Shown one piece after another: positions 1-11,700 of a DNA stretch of 64,000 nucleotides. The position numbers and the translations under genes are program-made. The notes below the pieces were generated by a model. The model saw only the letters and a program-made list of their open reading frames with translations, was not told the origin of the DNA and did no database searches. The stretch spans positions 418,831 through 482,830 of the forward strand of contig JAGYJG010000001.1 in assembly GCA_018402155.1 (NCBI GenBank), read 5' to 3'. Within the stretch, counting starts at the first letter, position 1; each line of letters starts with the position of its first letter. This DNA is from Bacteroidia bacterium. GTDB taxonomy: Bacteria; Bacteroidota; Bacteroidia; NS11-12g; UBA9320.

Positions 1-288
1 AAATATATAACCAATAGTTTTTGTGATTTCTGGATCATTTGATACCATATTGCCAAAAATAAAAGCTGCTCCTGCATCAGTAAAAGAGAGTAATTGAGTG
101 AAAAAACCTGCAAAAACACCAAAAATAGAAGCGAAAACAGGCACCTTAAAAACTAGTAAACCTAAAATGAGCTGGATAATAATACCTGCACCTACTAGCC
201 TCCAGTTGATTCTTTTCTTGTGTTTGCTAAATGAGAAAGCAATACCGATTAGTATAATCAAGCCGAGTAAACCCCTAAATATGTCCAT
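1..288 (-). CDS. Nucleoside transporter, NupC/CNT family (N-terminal part; gene continues past the window start)
   Basis: Minus-strand ATG (complement of 286-288) opens MDIFRGLLGLIILIGIAFSFSKHKKRINWRLVGAGIIIQLILGLLVF...AGAAFIFGNM. This is a hydrophobic N-terminus with the KK-R-I-x-R and FxFG pattern of NupC-type concentrative nucleoside transporters. The ORF-track 98..301(+) ORF is antisense to it and probably spurious. Confidence 0.6.
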   Translation of the reverse strand, partial: MDIFRGLLGLIILIGIAFSFSKHKKRINWRLVGAGIIIQLILGLLVFKVPVFASIFGVFAGFFTQLLSFTDAGAAFIFGNMVSNDPEITKTIGYIF

Positions 289-527
289 TTATCTATTTTA
301 AAGCGGTAAATATAAGATTATCTCTTTGTTGGCTTTCTTGTTTGAGTATGATCTACACTTTTTTTTGCAAATCTTTTTTGTAAAGCCTTTTTCTTTATTA
401 AAGCAACCTTAGTTATTAAGGTACTATTCGAAATAAATATTGATTTATTTGGTATAACAATTCGAGTATGGCTATTTTTTAGTCAATCTATACTACTATG
501 TAGGTTATTAGAAATGTGAGCTTGCAT

Positions 528-535
528 TACCTTTG
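528..535 (+). promoter_or_regulatory. Candidate Bacteroidota sigma-A -7 box (TACCTTTG = TAnnTTTG) upstream of icmF
   Basis: Exact match to the TAnnTTTG -7 consensus, about 44 nt upstream of the ATG at 579. No clear -33 TTTG element was identified. Confidence 0.25.
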
Positions 536-578
536 TAGAGTTTATAAAATATACTATCAGCAAAACGAGATAACAGAT

Positions 579-3500
579 ATGCAAGACCAAACTCCATATA
601 CTCCCATAAATAAGGTTCGAATAGTAACAGCAGCCTCTCTTTTTGACGGACATGATGCAGCTATCAATGTTATGCGAAGAATCATACAAGCTACTGGCTG
701 TGAGGTAATCCACTTGGGCCATGACCGAAGTGCAGAAGAAGTAGTAAATACGGCTATACAAGAAGATGCAAATGCCATAGCTATTACAAGTTATCAAGGT
801 GGGCATAATGAATATTTTAAGTATATGCGAGACTTGCTAGTAGAAAAAGGTGCAGGGCACATCAAGTTATTTGGTGGAGGTGGAGGCACTATTTTACCGT
901 CAGAGATAAAGGAGTTAGAGGATTACGGTATTTCTAAAATATATCATCCCGATGATGGTAGATCTATGGGTCTTCAAGGAATGATAAATGATTTGGTTCA
1001 ATCATCAGATTTCCCAACGGGCCAAAATCTTGATAATGAAGCTGAGTCATTTCGTTCTATGAATAAGATGTCTATTGCTCGTATTATCTCAGCAGCAGAA
1101 AATTTTCCAGATGAAAATAAAGTTCTGCTTGCAGAAATTTCAAAAGAGGCCGCAGCATTAGCCACACCCGTACTTGGGATTACAGGAACAGGAGGCGCGG
1201 GTAAAAGTAGTTTGGTAGATGAGTTGGTGAGAAGATTTTTAGTAGACTTTCCGAGTAAAAATATTGCAATAATATCTGTAGATCCTTCAAAAAGAAAAAC
1301 AGGTGGGGCATTGTTAGGAGATAGAATACGAATGAATAGCATAAGAAATAATCGAGTTTATATGCGTTCTTTGGCCACTCGTCAAGCTAATTTGGCTCTT
1401 TCTGCTCATATTGACGTTGCGAAAGATATCTTGAAGGTAGCAGGCTTTGATTTAATTATATTAGAAACTTCTGGTATTGGTCAAAGTGATACAGAAATTA
1501 CAGATCACTGTGATGCAAGCCTATACGTAATGACACCTGAGTATGGTGCAGCTACTCAGCTAGAAAAGATAGATATGCTTGATTTTGCCGATGTCATCGC
1601 ACTCAATAAATTTGATAAACGTGGCGGGCTAGATGCATTGAGAGATGTAAAAAAGCAGTACCAAAGAAACCATGTCCGTTTTGATGATGATGTGGATAGC
1701 ATGCCAGTCTATGGAACTATTGCAAGCCAGTTTAACGATCCAGGAGTGAACTCCCTTTATGCTAAATTGATACATACGATCAATGAAAAAACTTCGGCTG
1801 GATTAAACTCCGGACTCGTTGCAGCTAACGAAATGTCTGAAAAGGTATTTATCATACCACCTAAAAGAGTACGATACCTCTCCGAAATAGCTGAGAGTAA
1901 TAGAAACTATGATAAATGGGCTAAGGAACAATCTGAAATAGCTCAAAAATTATATGGTATTAATAAGACGATTACCACTATAAAAGAGACACAGATTGAA
2001 GACTCTGCTAGACTTATAAAAGACTTAAAAGAAACTTATACTAAAGTTGCCTTAGACTTTGATCCTAAACTTCAGCTTGTTCTAGATACTTGGGATAAGG
2101 TGAAGGAATCGTATGCAAATGATATTTATACCTATTTAGTCAGAAATAAAGAAATAAAGGTAGAGACAAAGAGTATTTCACTTTCTCACCAAAAAATTAG
2201 CAAAGTATCGTTACCGAAATATGAAGCTTGGGGTGATGTATTGCAATGGAATTTGCAAGAAAATGTACCTGGTAAATTTCCATATACTGCGGGTATTTAT
2301 CCTTTTAAAAGACAGGGTGAGGACCCCACTAGGATGTTTGCCGGTGAGGGTGGTCCAGAACGAACCAATAAGCGGTTTCATTATTTGAGTAGTAGTATGC
2401 CAGCAAAAAGGTTGTCTACTGCTTTCGACTCTGTAACACTGTATGGGAATGACCCCGACTATCGTCCAGATATTTATGGAAAAATTGGTAATGCGGGCGT
2501 GAGCATATGCTGCCTAGATGATGCAAAAAAATTGTATTCAGGGTTCAATTTAGCACACGCTATGACCTCTGTAAGTATGACAATTAATGGTCCAGCTCCG
2601 ATGTTGCTAGGTTTCTTTATGAATGCAGCTATAGATCAGCAGTGTGAATTGTATATCAAAGAAAATGGTTTGGTAGATGAGATACAGAAAAAAATAGATA
2701 ATTATTTTAGCAAAAAAGGGAGTAAACAACCTAGTTATAGTGGTGAATTACCACATGGGAATGATGGTCTAGGCCTCATGTTGTTGGGTCTAACAGGAGA
2801 TAAAGTACTTCCTATTTCGGTTTATGATAAGATAAAAGCAGATACCCTAAAACAAGTAAGAGGGACAGTACAAGCAGATATTTTGAAAGAGGACCAAGCG
2901 CAAAATACGTGTATTTTTTCCACTGAATTTGCGCTTAGACTTATGGGAGACGTGCAGCAGTATTTTACCAATGAAGGAGTGCGAAATTTCTACTCTGTAA
3001 GTATATCTGGATACCACATTGCAGAGGCAGGAGCAAATCCTATAACACAGCTTGCTTTTACCTTAGCCAATGGATTTACATATGTAGAGTATTATCTAAG
3101 TAGAGGTATGGATATCAATGATTTTGGGCCAAATTTATCCTTCTTCTTCTCCAATGGTATAGATCCAGAATATGCGGTAATAGGGCGGGTGGCAAGAAGA
3201 ATTTGGGCTAAAGCAATGAAGTTAAAATACGGAGCTGATGAGCGAAGCCAAATGTTGAAATACCACATCCAGACTAGTGGCAGAAGCTTACACGCTCAAG
3301 AAATAGATTTTAACGATATACGTACCACACTGCAGGCCTTGTATGCAATATATGATAACTGCAACTCACTGCATACAAACGCCTACGACGAGGCTATTAC
3401 TACGCCTACAGAAGAAAGTGTGCGCCGTGCAGTAGCCATACAGCTCATCATAAATAAGGAATTTGGGTTGGCAAAAAATGAAAACCCTATGCAAGGTTCA

Positions 3501-3959
3501 TTTATTACCGAAGAGCTTACCGAGTTGGTAGAGGAGGCGGTACTTGCAGAGTTTGATAAAATAACCGAGCGTGGCGGAGTGCTAGGTGCTATGGAAACCA
3601 TGTATCAGCGGTCTAAAATACAAGAAGAAAGTTTGTACTACGAAACGCTAAAGCACAATGGAGATTTTCCCATTATCGGCGTAAATACCTTCCTGAGTAG
3701 CAAAGGATCTCCTACTGTTTTGCCCAAAGAAGTGATACGAGCTACAGAGGACGAAAAACAGTTTCAAATTAATACACTTAACAGTCTCAATATGCGCTAC
3801 GAAGTGGAAGCGAAGGAACAATTGAGCCATATACAGAAGATAGCTTTACAAAATGGAAATGTTTTTGAAGCCTTGATGGAGGCAACCAAAGTATGTTCTT
3901 TGGGTCAAATTACTAATGCTCTATTCGAGGTGGGTGGGCAATATAGAAGAAACATGTAG
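579..3959 (+). CDS. icmF: Fused isobutyryl-CoA mutase (IcmF type): N-terminal B12-binding domain, MeaB-like G-protein, C-terminal acyl-CoA mutase barrel
   Basis: The B12-binding motif is [24 protein letters not shown]...[10 protein letters not shown]. The MeaB P-loop is [17 protein letters not shown] with a downstream NKFDK. A long C-terminal region resembles the methylmalonyl/isobutyryl-CoA mutase substrate barrel. The total of about 1130 aa fits IcmF. The ORF track starts at GTG 516; the first ATG ([16 protein letters not shown]) at 579 is preferred. Confidence 0.85.
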   Translation: MQDQTPYTPINKVRIVTAASLFDGHDAAINVMRRIIQATGCEVIHLGHDRSAEEVVNTAIQEDANAIAITSYQGGHNEYFKYMRDLLVEKGAGHIKLFGGGGGTILPSEIKELEDYGISKIYHPDDGRSMGLQGMINDLVQSSDFPTGQNLDNEAESFRSMNKMSIARIISAAENFPDENKVLLAEISKEAAALATPVLGITGTGGAGKSSLVDELVRRFLVDFPSKNIAIISVDPSKRKTGGALLGDRIRMNSIRNNRVYMRSLATRQANLALSAHIDVAKDILKVAGFDLIILETSGIGQSDTEITDHCDASLYVMTPEYGAATQLEKIDMLDFADVIALNKFDKRGGLDALRDVKKQYQRNHVRFDDDVDSMPVYGTIASQFNDPGVNSLYAKLIHTINEKTSAGLNSGLVAANEMSEKVFIIPPKRVRYLSEIAESNRNYDKWAKEQSEIAQKLYGINKTITTIKETQIEDSARLIKDLKETYTKVALDFDPKLQLVLDTWDKVKESYANDIYTYLVRNKEIKVETKSISLSHQKISKVSLPKYEAWGDVLQWNLQENVPGKFPYTAGIYPFKRQGEDPTRMFAGEGGPERTNKRFHYLSSSMPAKRLSTAFDSVTLYGNDPDYRPDIYGKIGNAGVSICCLDDAKKLYSGFNLAHAMTSVSMTINGPAPMLLGFFMNAAIDQQCELYIKENGLVDEIQKKIDNYFSKKGSKQPSYSGELPHGNDGLGLMLLGLTGDKVLPISVYDKIKADTLKQVRGTVQADILKEDQAQNTCIFSTEFALRLMGDVQQYFTNEGVRNFYSVSISGYHIAEAGANPITQLAFTLANGFTYVEYYLSRGMDINDFGPNLSFFFSNGIDPEYAVIGRVARRIWAKAMKLKYGADERSQMLKYHIQTSGRSLHAQEIDFNDIRTTLQALYAIYDNCNSLHTNAYDEAITTPTEESVRRAVAIQLIINKEFGLAKNENPMQGSFITEELTELVEEAVLAEFDKITERGGVLGAMETMYQRSKIQEESLYYETLKHNGDFPIIGVNTFLSSKGSPTVLPKEVIRATEDEKQFQINTLNSLNMRYEVEAKEQLSHIQKIALQNGNVFEALMEATKVCSLGQITNALFEVGGQYRRNM

Positions 3960-4307
3960 AGCATCTAGCATCTAAATGTTAGCTTAAGTATATTTTAACG
4001 ATAAAAGAAGACTTTGAGAAATATATTTCACCTAGATTTTGAAAGGGTTTAATATTAATTTTTAAAGTACATTAATAAACAGTTTTACCTCGTTATTCTA
4101 AAATTTTAGTAAAAACCTAAAATATATGAATATGGATTTTAACAAATAAAAAGCAGTTTTTTGCTCCAGCCTTTGATCGCCAAATTAGAACTTCTTAGGC
4201 GGTGGTTATTCTATTAATTTAGCAGTTTGTCACTCGTTAATAAATAGAGACAATTCAAAAATTATGAAAGAGAAAGCCAATTGCACAAGCTTTACCAATA
4301 AGTGAAA

Positions 4308-5720
4308 CTAACCTGCGGCGGCCTGCATCAGATATCCGCTTATAAGTGCACCGTAGGTGCCCAAAGCATAGCCTAGCACAGCTAGTAAAACTCCTACGGG
4401 TGCTAAAGATGGGTGAAAAGCAGCAGCTACCACAGGGGCCGACGCAGCTCCTCCTATATTTGCTTTGCTACCCACAGCTAGAAAAAAGAATGGAGCTTTG
4501 ATAATTTTTGCTACCACTACTAGAAGGATAACGTGAACTAGCATCCAAGTTAACCCGACCAAAAATATTGCAGGATTTTCAAATATGGCCATCACGTTCA
4601 TTTTCATTCCAATAGTGGCGACCAATATATAAATGAACACACCGCCAATTTTTGATGCACCAGCACCTTCAAAATTTCGTAGGCGTGTAAAACTAAAAAC
4701 TATACCTAATCCCGTAGCAATTACTATCAGCCAAAAAAAACTAGATCCTAAGCTGAAGGTTTTTGCAAGGTAAGGAGAGTATTCTTGGACAAAGGGAGAC
4801 AACATATCGGCAAAGAAATGGGCTACTCCAGTAGCTCCTAATCCAAGCCCAAGTATGATTACAATGTCATTAAAACTAGGAATGCGAGCAATTCGTTGGC
4901 TAAACTCCTGCATTTGGTTTTTAAGGGTATTTACAGCAGTGGCGTCTGCCTTAAAAAAAGCGTCAATTTTGTCTGCTCGGCCTACTCCTAGCAATAAGAA
5001 AAACATCCATACTTCTGCTACAATTATATCGACGGTAATCATCATAGAGTACATGCTCCCCGTTATTAGATTATTTTCTCCATCTTTAAAAATCTCATAC
5101 ATGGCAGCTTGGTTGGCTCCTCCGCCTATCCAACTGCCAGCTATAGTTGTCATACCTCTCCATACCTCGTGAGGTGCAGCACCTCCTACTACTTCTGGAG
5201 CGAGGAATGAAAAGAGCAATATCGCTAATGGCCCACCTATGATAACGCCTATAGTGCCAGTAATGAACATAATCAGCGCTTTGTAACCAAGATTAAAAAC
5301 TTCTTTGAGATTGATACTTAGCGTAAGCAGGACCAAACTGGCCGGTAGTAAATAGCGTGAGGCCACGAAATAAAGTTGAGATTTGCCGATGTAAGGTTTT
5401 AGTAAATCACCACCAATCTCATTTTTTAGGACAAAGTTTTTAAAATCTTTAAACGTAGATATATCAGAAACATCGTATCCACTCGTACTTAAAGCTTTTA
5501 GTGCAGCGTCCATATCTATCCACATAGGCGAGATGATACCTAGTGTACTAAAAAGCGAGGGTAAAAAGTAACATAGTAGTAAGGCTGGAATTATTTTATA
5601 AAAGGATTGAAATTTGGTCAACTCACTTGATTTAAAAATCAAGGCGAGTAGAGTGATAAGTATGCCGAAAACTACAGCATCATTTGTTATGAGGGGTATA
5701 TCTGATACAACTTCTTCCAT
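4308..5720 (-). CDS. Polytopic integral membrane protein (possibly DUF819-like)
   Basis: A 470 aa ORF that is highly hydrophobic throughout, with about 10-12 predicted TM segments. Family assignment is from memory only. Confidence 0.6.
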   Translation of the reverse strand: MEEVVSDIPLITNDAVVFGILITLLALIFKSSELTKFQSFYKIIPALLLCYFLPSLFSTLGIISPMWIDMDAALKALSTSGYDVSDISTFKDFKNFVLKNEIGGDLLKPYIGKSQLYFVASRYLLPASLVLLTLSINLKEVFNLGYKALIMFITGTIGVIIGGPLAILLFSFLAPEVVGGAAPHEVWRGMTTIAGSWIGGGANQAAMYEIFKDGENNLITGSMYSMMITVDIIVAEVWMFFLLLGVGRADKIDAFFKADATAVNTLKNQMQEFSQRIARIPSFNDIVIILGLGLGATGVAHFFADMLSPFVQEYSPYLAKTFSLGSSFFWLIVIATGLGIVFSFTRLRNFEGAGASKIGGVFIYILVATIGMKMNVMAIFENPAIFLVGLTWMLVHVILLVVVAKIIKAPFFFLAVGSKANIGGAASAPVVAAAFHPSLAPVGVLLAVLGYALGTYGALISGYLMQAAAG

Positions 5721-5799
5721 TTTTCTAATTATTTTTAATCTCCATCGAGTACTTACAAAGCGTATTGATTTTGATGTTTAGCAGTTAGTTTATCTTGTA

Positions 5800-6759
5800 T
5801 TAAATATCCCAATTATTTGAAAATATGGCTTCTTTTTTCTTACCATTTCGTCCTATTTTGGGGATACTACCATCACTACGTATATAGTGATCATTGTAAG
5901 ACACATTCTTTTTAAATATACCATTTTGATTAAGGGGAATATGAAGTTTGAAGCCAAGTAAGAAATAACTATCGTTTATGCTGCTATTTCCTCTTTTGCT
6001 GCCAGGAGTTCCAACTTTTTTTGCATTATTCCCGTAAGCTGGATTACTGAAATAAGCAGCTTCTTCTCCAGAATTTATAAGAATTGCTTCTCTATCATAG
6101 TAGTTGCCCGACACGTCGTCCAGATAGTCAGTAAACGATTTTCTTAGTGATAGATCTATACCTAGAATCATACCGTTCTGTAAGTAAAACTTTTTACCAA
6201 ATCCAAAAGGTATAACCGCAGAGTAAATATTGTAAGGACTTTGTGCTGGGTCTACCAACTGCCCTTCAGTACCTAATGGTCTTAGTTTGTACCAAACTCC
6301 ATTCATTTCGTTCATCGGCTGGTAGAAAAAGACCCCACCGCCTACATTTGCATAGAATCCTTTTAGAAGTCTCACATTTCTGGGTACCGTGTATTCTATT
6401 TTAAATGCCGTTTCTAAGACGTCCGTCCTTACCTTTAATTGGCGGTATTTTCTATCCCAGTTTGTTTCAGCATCGTCTGCGCGAAGGCGGGTGTAAAAAG
6501 CATCAAAACCGAAGGAAAAACCATTAGGCAAGTTATATTGTAAGCCGCTACCGATAGCGTATCTCGTTTGACTTATATTTAAATCTTCTGCATCATTTGT
6601 GCCAATATAATTTTTACCTCCTAAATCGCTGAGTAGCGAGGAAGAAGATATTAAAACGTGTGTAGACCAATTAGGATAAGACTTACTTTGGTCTTGGGCG
6701 TCAACTTTCATCGCAAAAAATGATAGTAGTGATAGTAATAATAACAGATGTTTTGTCAT
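5800..6759 (-). CDS. Secreted protein with signal peptide, probable outer-membrane beta-barrel (hypothetical)
   Basis: Signal peptide MTKHLLLLLSLLSFFAMKVDAQ. The rest alternates aromatic and Gly-rich beta-strand-like segments. The C-terminus ends in an aromatic residue. Confidence 0.55.
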   Translation of the reverse strand: MTKHLLLLLSLLSFFAMKVDAQDQSKSYPNWSTHVLISSSSLLSDLGGKNYIGTNDAEDLNISQTRYAIGSGLQYNLPNGFSFGFDAFYTRLRADDAETNWDRKYRQLKVRTDVLETAFKIEYTVPRNVRLLKGFYANVGGGVFFYQPMNEMNGVWYKLRPLGTEGQLVDPAQSPYNIYSAVIPFGFGKKFYLQNGMILGIDLSLRKSFTDYLDDVSGNYYDREAILINSGEEAAYFSNPAYGNNAKKVGTPGSKRGNSSINDSYFLLGFKLHIPLNQNGIFKKNVSYNDHYIRSDGSIPKIGRNGKKKEAIFSNNWDI

Positions 6760-6938
6760 AAGAATATGTGTTGCCGAAATTACGACTTTTTGTTTGTTAG
6801 GTCAAAAAAAATAGTAGTTTGACTCTATTATTTTGTTCCTAAAACTGCTGTATCAAGTTGACGAAAATAAAATAGATAAATGAATCATTAGTTTATGAAC
6901 TTAAATTTAACAAAGTGGTTTATCATTTATCTAAGTTT

Positions 6939-6946
6939 TAACTTTG
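6939..6946 (+). promoter_or_regulatory. Candidate -7 promoter box TAACTTTG upstream of gcvP
   Basis: Exact TAnnTTTG match 20 nt upstream of the gcvP ATG at 6966. Confidence 0.3.
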
Positions 6947-6965
6947 CAGAACATAAACGTAAATA

Positions 6966-9824
6966 ATGTACAAGGAACAATTTTCTGACCGTCATAACAG
7001 CATTTCTCCAAGTGAGGAATCGCAAATGATAGCAATGCTGGGCTATGCCAATACCGAGCAGCTAATTTCTCAAACAATACCAGACGAGATACGGCTCAAA
7101 AAAGAGCTGAACTTGTCTGATCCATTGACAGAAGTAGAACTTTTGGCAAGTCTAAAACAAATAGGGAGTAAGAATATCATAGCAAAGAGTTATATTGGTA
7201 TGGGCTATTATGGCACGCATACGCCTCAAGTAATATTGCGCAATATTTTAGAAAATCCAGGATGGTATACGCAGTACACTCCATACCAAGCTGAAATAGC
7301 GCAAGGCCGATTAGAGGCTCTTTTAAATTTTCAAACTATGATTATGGATTTGACGGGTATGGAGCTTGCAAATTCAAGTTTGTTAGATGAGGCAACTGCA
7401 GCTGCAGAGGCTATGGCTATGCTATACAGTGCAAAGAGTAGGCAAACAGGAAATAAAATTTTCGTTTCAGAAAAAGCTTTCCCTCAGACCATAGATGTAC
7501 TTCAGACACGTGCTAACCCCCTCAATATTGAGGTAGTTATTGGCAATCCGTTTCAAGTAGATTTTACAGAAGAATATTTTGCGGTATTTGTTCAATACCC
7601 TACAGGTGATGGATGTGTAGAAGATTATGCAGAAATGACCGAAAATGCTTTGCGCAGCGGAGTGAAGACTATAGTAGCTGCGGATATATTATCACTAACA
7701 TTGCTAAAGCCACCCGGGGAATGGGGAGCTGAGGTGGTTGTGGGAAGCACACAGCGCTTTGGCATACCTATGGGTAATGGTGGTCCACACGCGGCATTTT
7801 TTGCTACTAAGGAAGAGCATAAACGAAGATTGCCCGGCAGAATTATTGGGGTATCACTTGATGCACAAGGCAATAACGCACTGCGTATGGCGCTCCAAAC
7901 CAGAGAGCAGCATATAAAACGTGATAAGGCTACAAGCAATATCTGTACGGCTCAAGCTTTACTTGCGGTAATGGCAGGTATGTATGCAGCATACCAAGGT
8001 CCAAAACGATTGAAAGCTATAGCGCAAAGGGTAAATGAGCTAACCAGTATACTGGCTAATAACATTATTGCAATGGGTTATGAGCTGAAGAATAATAGTG
8101 CATTCGATACACTAGCTGTAGTTGCTGGAAAAGAACAGCAGGCAAAAATTTTTTCTATACTTGATTCTCAAAATATCAATGTAAGGTATGCCGAGGATTT
8201 CATAGGTATAAGTTTGGACGAAACTACGACACTGGAGGATATACGGTTGCTAGCTGGTCTATTGGCAGAGGCAAATGGCGTATCAGTTGTCTTTACAGAA
8301 AAGGTATCTCAAATGTGGGATTTACATCTTACTAGGGAGTCCTCATTTTTGGAGCATCCAGTTTTTAATTCATATCACACAGAGCATGAAATGCTTAGGT
8401 ATCTGAAGTCTTTGGAAAACAAAGATTTATCGCTAGCGCACTCCATGATTGCATTGGGTAGTTGTACAATGAAGCTGAATGCAACCACAGAGATGGTTCC
8501 CGTTACTTGGGAGTCTTTTGGTAACATACACCCTTTTGCACCCAAGCATCAATTGCTTGGTTATACACAAATGCTGAGTGAGTTGGAAAGAGATTTATCG
8601 GAAATTACAGGCTTTCATAGAGTGAGCCTACAGCCCAATGCAGGTGCCCAAGGAGAGTATGCGGGACTAATGACTATTCGCGCATATTTTCTAGATAGAA
8701 ATGAAGCACACAGAGATATTGTGATTATACCAGATTCTGCACATGGTACCAATCCCGCAAGTGCTGTAATGGCAGGTATGAAAGTGGTTGTCATAAAATG
8801 TCATCCCAATGGATATATTGATTTGAATGATTTGCGAGAAAAAGCTGAACACCATAAGGATAACCTTGCGGCTGTAATGGTAACATACCCAAGTACCACC
8901 GGAATTTATGAGGAAACTATAAAGGAAATAACGTCGGTTATTCATGGATATGGAGGACAAGTATACATGGATGGGGCCAACATGAACGCTCAAGTAGGTT
9001 ATACAAATCCAGCAAATATAGGCGCGGATGTGTGTCATTTAAATCTGCATAAAACATTCTGTATACCACACGGTGGGGGAGGTCCAGGCATGGGGCCAAT
9101 AGGAGTGGCAGAGCATTTGAGCCCATATTTACCTGGGCACTCAGTTGTATCTGGAGTAAGTACAGAAAAAGGAATGCAGGCAATAAGCGCAGCACCATTT
9201 GGCAGTGCTAGTATTTTGCTGATAAGCTATGCCTATATCAAAATGATGGGCACGGTAGGATTAAAGCGCGCTACAGCACTTGCTATTTTGAATGCCAATT
9301 ATATAAAGCATCGTCTGTCTGAAGGGTATGAAGTATTATTCAAAGGACAAAATGGAACGGTAGCACATGAGATGATTATAGATACGAGGCCTTTCAAGAT
9401 AACGGCTAATGTGCAAGTGGAAGATATAGCAAAACGTATGATAGATTATGGATTTCATGCTCCAACGGTAAGCTTTCCAATTCCAGGAACGATGATGATA
9501 GAACCTACAGAGAGTGAAAGTAAACAGGAGTTGGATAGATTTTGTGATGCATTACTGAGTATACGCAAGGAGATAGCTGAGATAGAAATTGGAGCTGCAG
9601 ATACGGAAAATAATGTACTAAAAAATGCTCCACATACCGCGCAAACTGTTACAGCGAGCAACTGGGACAAACCTTATACTCGAGAGAAAGCTGTGTATCC
9701 AAGTACACATTCATTAACACACAAGTTTTGGCCCTCAGTAGGCAGAGTGGACAATACCTACGGAGATAGAAATTTAGTTTGTAGCTGCTTGCCACTTTCA
9801 GCTTATGTAGAGGCTACTTCTTGA
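6966..9824 (+). CDS. gcvP: Glycine dehydrogenase (decarboxylating), glycine cleavage system P protein
   Basis: 952 aa. The N-terminus is F-x-x-RH...EML. The rest shows GcvP-like PLP-fold stretches throughout ([25 protein letters not shown]). Confidence 0.95.
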   Translation: MYKEQFSDRHNSISPSEESQMIAMLGYANTEQLISQTIPDEIRLKKELNLSDPLTEVELLASLKQIGSKNIIAKSYIGMGYYGTHTPQVILRNILENPGWYTQYTPYQAEIAQGRLEALLNFQTMIMDLTGMELANSSLLDEATAAAEAMAMLYSAKSRQTGNKIFVSEKAFPQTIDVLQTRANPLNIEVVIGNPFQVDFTEEYFAVFVQYPTGDGCVEDYAEMTENALRSGVKTIVAADILSLTLLKPPGEWGAEVVVGSTQRFGIPMGNGGPHAAFFATKEEHKRRLPGRIIGVSLDAQGNNALRMALQTREQHIKRDKATSNICTAQALLAVMAGMYAAYQGPKRLKAIAQRVNELTSILANNIIAMGYELKNNSAFDTLAVVAGKEQQAKIFSILDSQNINVRYAEDFIGISLDETTTLEDIRLLAGLLAEANGVSVVFTEKVSQMWDLHLTRESSFLEHPVFNSYHTEHEMLRYLKSLENKDLSLAHSMIALGSCTMKLNATTEMVPVTWESFGNIHPFAPKHQLLGYTQMLSELERDLSEITGFHRVSLQPNAGAQGEYAGLMTIRAYFLDRNEAHRDIVIIPDSAHGTNPASAVMAGMKVVVIKCHPNGYIDLNDLREKAEHHKDNLAAVMVTYPSTTGIYEETIKEITSVIHGYGGQVYMDGANMNAQVGYTNPANIGADVCHLNLHKTFCIPHGGGGPGMGPIGVAEHLSPYLPGHSVVSGVSTEKGMQAISAAPFGSASILLISYAYIKMMGTVGLKRATALAILNANYIKHRLSEGYEVLFKGQNGTVAHEMIIDTRPFKITANVQVEDIAKRMIDYGFHAPTVSFPIPGTMMIEPTESESKQELDRFCDALLSIRKEIAEIEIGAADTENNVLKNAPHTAQTVTASNWDKPYTREKAVYPSTHSLTHKFWPSVGRVDNTYGDRNLVCSCLPLSAYVEATS

Positions 9825-9882
9825 TAACTGATCAAAATAAACGCAACCGTTTTGTAATATTAGGCTACCTTAGCACTCTCTT

Positions 9883-10350
9883 ATGACTTTGTCACTTATA
9901 GTAGGTATGATTTTCTTCGGGGTATTGCTTATCTTGATTGAAATTTTTGTGACGCCAGGGTTTGTAGTCGGGGTGGTAGGAGCTTTATTTTTGGTTATAG
10001 GCATAGCTTATACCTACAATGAGTTTGGAGCTTTGTTTGGGAATATTACTCTAGGAATAACAAGTGTTTTTTTGGGAACGACCATAGTAATGGCTTTTCG
10101 AAAAGGAGCTTGGAAACGATTTGCGCTTACAGATGTTATTGAAGGAAAGGCTAATAACATACACGAACTTAGGATAGACGTAGGTGACGTTGGCATAACA
10201 GTAAGTGCACTGAGACCAGCAGGGACTGCAATAATAAATGAACAAAGAGCCGAAGTTCACGCAGATGGTGAATTTATACTAGCAAATGAACAAATTGTGG
10301 TTGTCAAAAAAAACCACAATAGAATATATATTAAAAAATTAAAATCTTAA
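9883..10350 (+). CDS. NfeD-family membrane protein (flotillin partner)
   Basis: An N-terminal double TM region plus a C-terminal OB-like domain. It sits immediately upstream of floA, as with YqeZ-YqfA in Bacillus. Confidence 0.7.
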   Translation: MTLSLIVGMIFFGVLLILIEIFVTPGFVVGVVGALFLVIGIAYTYNEFGALFGNITLGITSVFLGTTIVMAFRKGAWKRFALTDVIEGKANNIHELRIDVGDVGITVSALRPAGTAIINEQRAEVHADGEFILANEQIVVVKKNHNRIYIKKLKS

Positions 10351-10363
10351 CTTAAAAATCAAA

Positions 10364-11323
10364 ATGGGAATGTTACCAATTATTATCGGAGGAGTAGTTT
10401 TACTCTTCATTTTTTTATACTTTGTGCCTGTTGGCTTGTGGGTTACTGCCCAAGTATCTGGAGCACGTGTAGGCATTGTGCAACTAATTGTAATGCGCAT
10501 ACGCAAGGTTCCGCCATCTCTCATCGTTAATGCACTTATCAATGCAAATAAAGCAGGATTGCCAGTCACAGCAAATGATCTTGAGACACATTTTATGGCA
10601 GGGGGTAATGTAAACAACGTAGTAAAAGCGCTCATATCTGCAGATAAAGCAAATATTCCATTGAATTTTAATATGGCAGCAGCCATAGATTTGGCCGGAA
10701 GAGATGTAGCAGATGCTGTTCAACTTTCGGTAAATCCTAGAGTGATAAATACTCCTCCTGTGGCAGCAGTAGCAAAAGATGGCATACAGTTGATAGCCAA
10801 AGCACGAGTTACCGTACGGGCAAATATAGCTCAGCTAGTAGGTGGTGCCGGAGAAGACACCATTTTAGCTCGTGTGGGTGAAGGTATAGTTACTACGATT
10901 GGTTCTGCATCAAGCCATAAGGCAGTGCTGGAAAACCCAGATATGATATCTACTACTGTTTTGGCTAAAGGGTTGGACGCGGGAACAGCGTTTGAAATAC
11001 TCTCAATAGACATAGCAGATATTGACATAGGCAAAAACATAGGGGCAGAGCTACAAACAGACCAAGCAGAAGCTGATCTTAAAGTAGCCAATGCAAAAGC
11101 AGAAGAGCGCCGAGCAATGGCTGTGGCAGAGGAGCAAGAGATGAAAGCCAAAGCACAAGACGCTAGAGCCTTGGTTATTCTTGCAGAAGCAGAAATACCT
11201 AAAGCTATGGCGGAAGCTTTTCGAAGTGGGAATTTGGGCATAATGGACTATTACAAAATGAAAAATATAGAAGCAGATACAGATATGAGAGATAGTATTT
11301 CTAAAGCGGATAATAAGAAGTAA
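10364..11323 (+). CDS. floA: Flotillin-like protein FloA (UPF0365/YqfA family)
   Basis: [51 protein letters not shown]... followed by an Ala/Glu-rich coiled-coil C-terminus. About 319 aa and paired with NfeD. Confidence 0.85.
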   Translation: MGMLPIIIGGVVLLFIFLYFVPVGLWVTAQVSGARVGIVQLIVMRIRKVPPSLIVNALINANKAGLPVTANDLETHFMAGGNVNNVVKALISADKANIPLNFNMAAAIDLAGRDVADAVQLSVNPRVINTPPVAAVAKDGIQLIAKARVTVRANIAQLVGGAGEDTILARVGEGIVTTIGSASSHKAVLENPDMISTTVLAKGLDAGTAFEILSIDIADIDIGKNIGAELQTDQAEADLKVANAKAEERRAMAVAEEQEMKAKAQDARALVILAEAEIPKAMAEAFRSGNLGIMDYYKMKNIEADTDMRDSISKADNKK

Positions 11324-11347
11324 TCGCTATCTCAAATGTATTTTTTA

Positions 11348-11390
11348 GGGGGAGGGATTTGCCGCAGGCAAATCCCTCCCCCTTTTTTAG
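11348..11390 (+). terminator. Rho-independent terminator after floA
   Basis: Perfect 16 bp stem gggggagggatttgcc / ggcaaatccctccccc with a 3-nt loop, followed by a T6 run. Confidence 0.8.
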
Positions 11391-11700
11391 TTTTTTCTTC
11401 AAGAAATTAAAAAAATACTGTTATTCTTTCAATGATTGTCAATATTGATGCAGATTGAACCCTACTAAAACTGCTCGCTACAAGTTGATTTGGAATCTAA
11501 TAGAATCTACTTCTGTGGATTGAATCTACTCAAAAGTAGTAACTTATTAGAGATAGACAGAATAATGTTTTTTTTTGAATAGAGAAACCTCCAACTTAAA
11601 TACTTTTAAATTGTCAAGAACTTTAAACACTCTGTAACTTCGATTTATGTGCCAATAAACATAGTATGAATATTTAATGAAGCCTTTATGTGCAATTTCT

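Noticed and set aside
98-301. ORF-track ORF MKKPAK... (67 aa, GTG start)
   Set aside because: It is antisense to the much more convincing NupC-like N-terminus (minus strand, ATG at 288). Its lysine-rich low-complexity sequence is the translation of the A-rich complementary strand.
296-578. Possible cobalamin riboswitch in the leader of the B12-dependent icmF
   Set aside because: No B12-box (conserved GCCACUG-like core) or the typical GC-rich paired elements. The leader is AT-rich with only a candidate -7 promoter box. B12 riboswitches normally control transport/biosynthesis genes, not B12-dependent enzymes.
598-612. GGTTCGAAT (T-loop-like) sequence suggesting a tRNA
   Set aside because: It lies inside the icmF coding frame (KVRIV). 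There is no acceptor stem or anticodon arm context, so it is a coincidence.
483-1342. Antisense ORFs inside icmF (483..806-, 557..778-, 998..1342-). Similar cases: 7625..7939-, 10831..11241-, 27238..27786-, 38918..39310+, 61355..61759+, 62805..63305+
   Set aside because: All are embedded in or antisense to long, motif-supported genes and have biased, low-complexity compositions. They are treated as shadow ORFs.
6760-6965. Possible glycine riboswitch upstream of gcvP
   Set aside because: None of the conserved glycine-aptamer elements (GGAGAG...CUCUGGAGAG...ACCGAAGGGGCAA) are present in the 200 nt leader.
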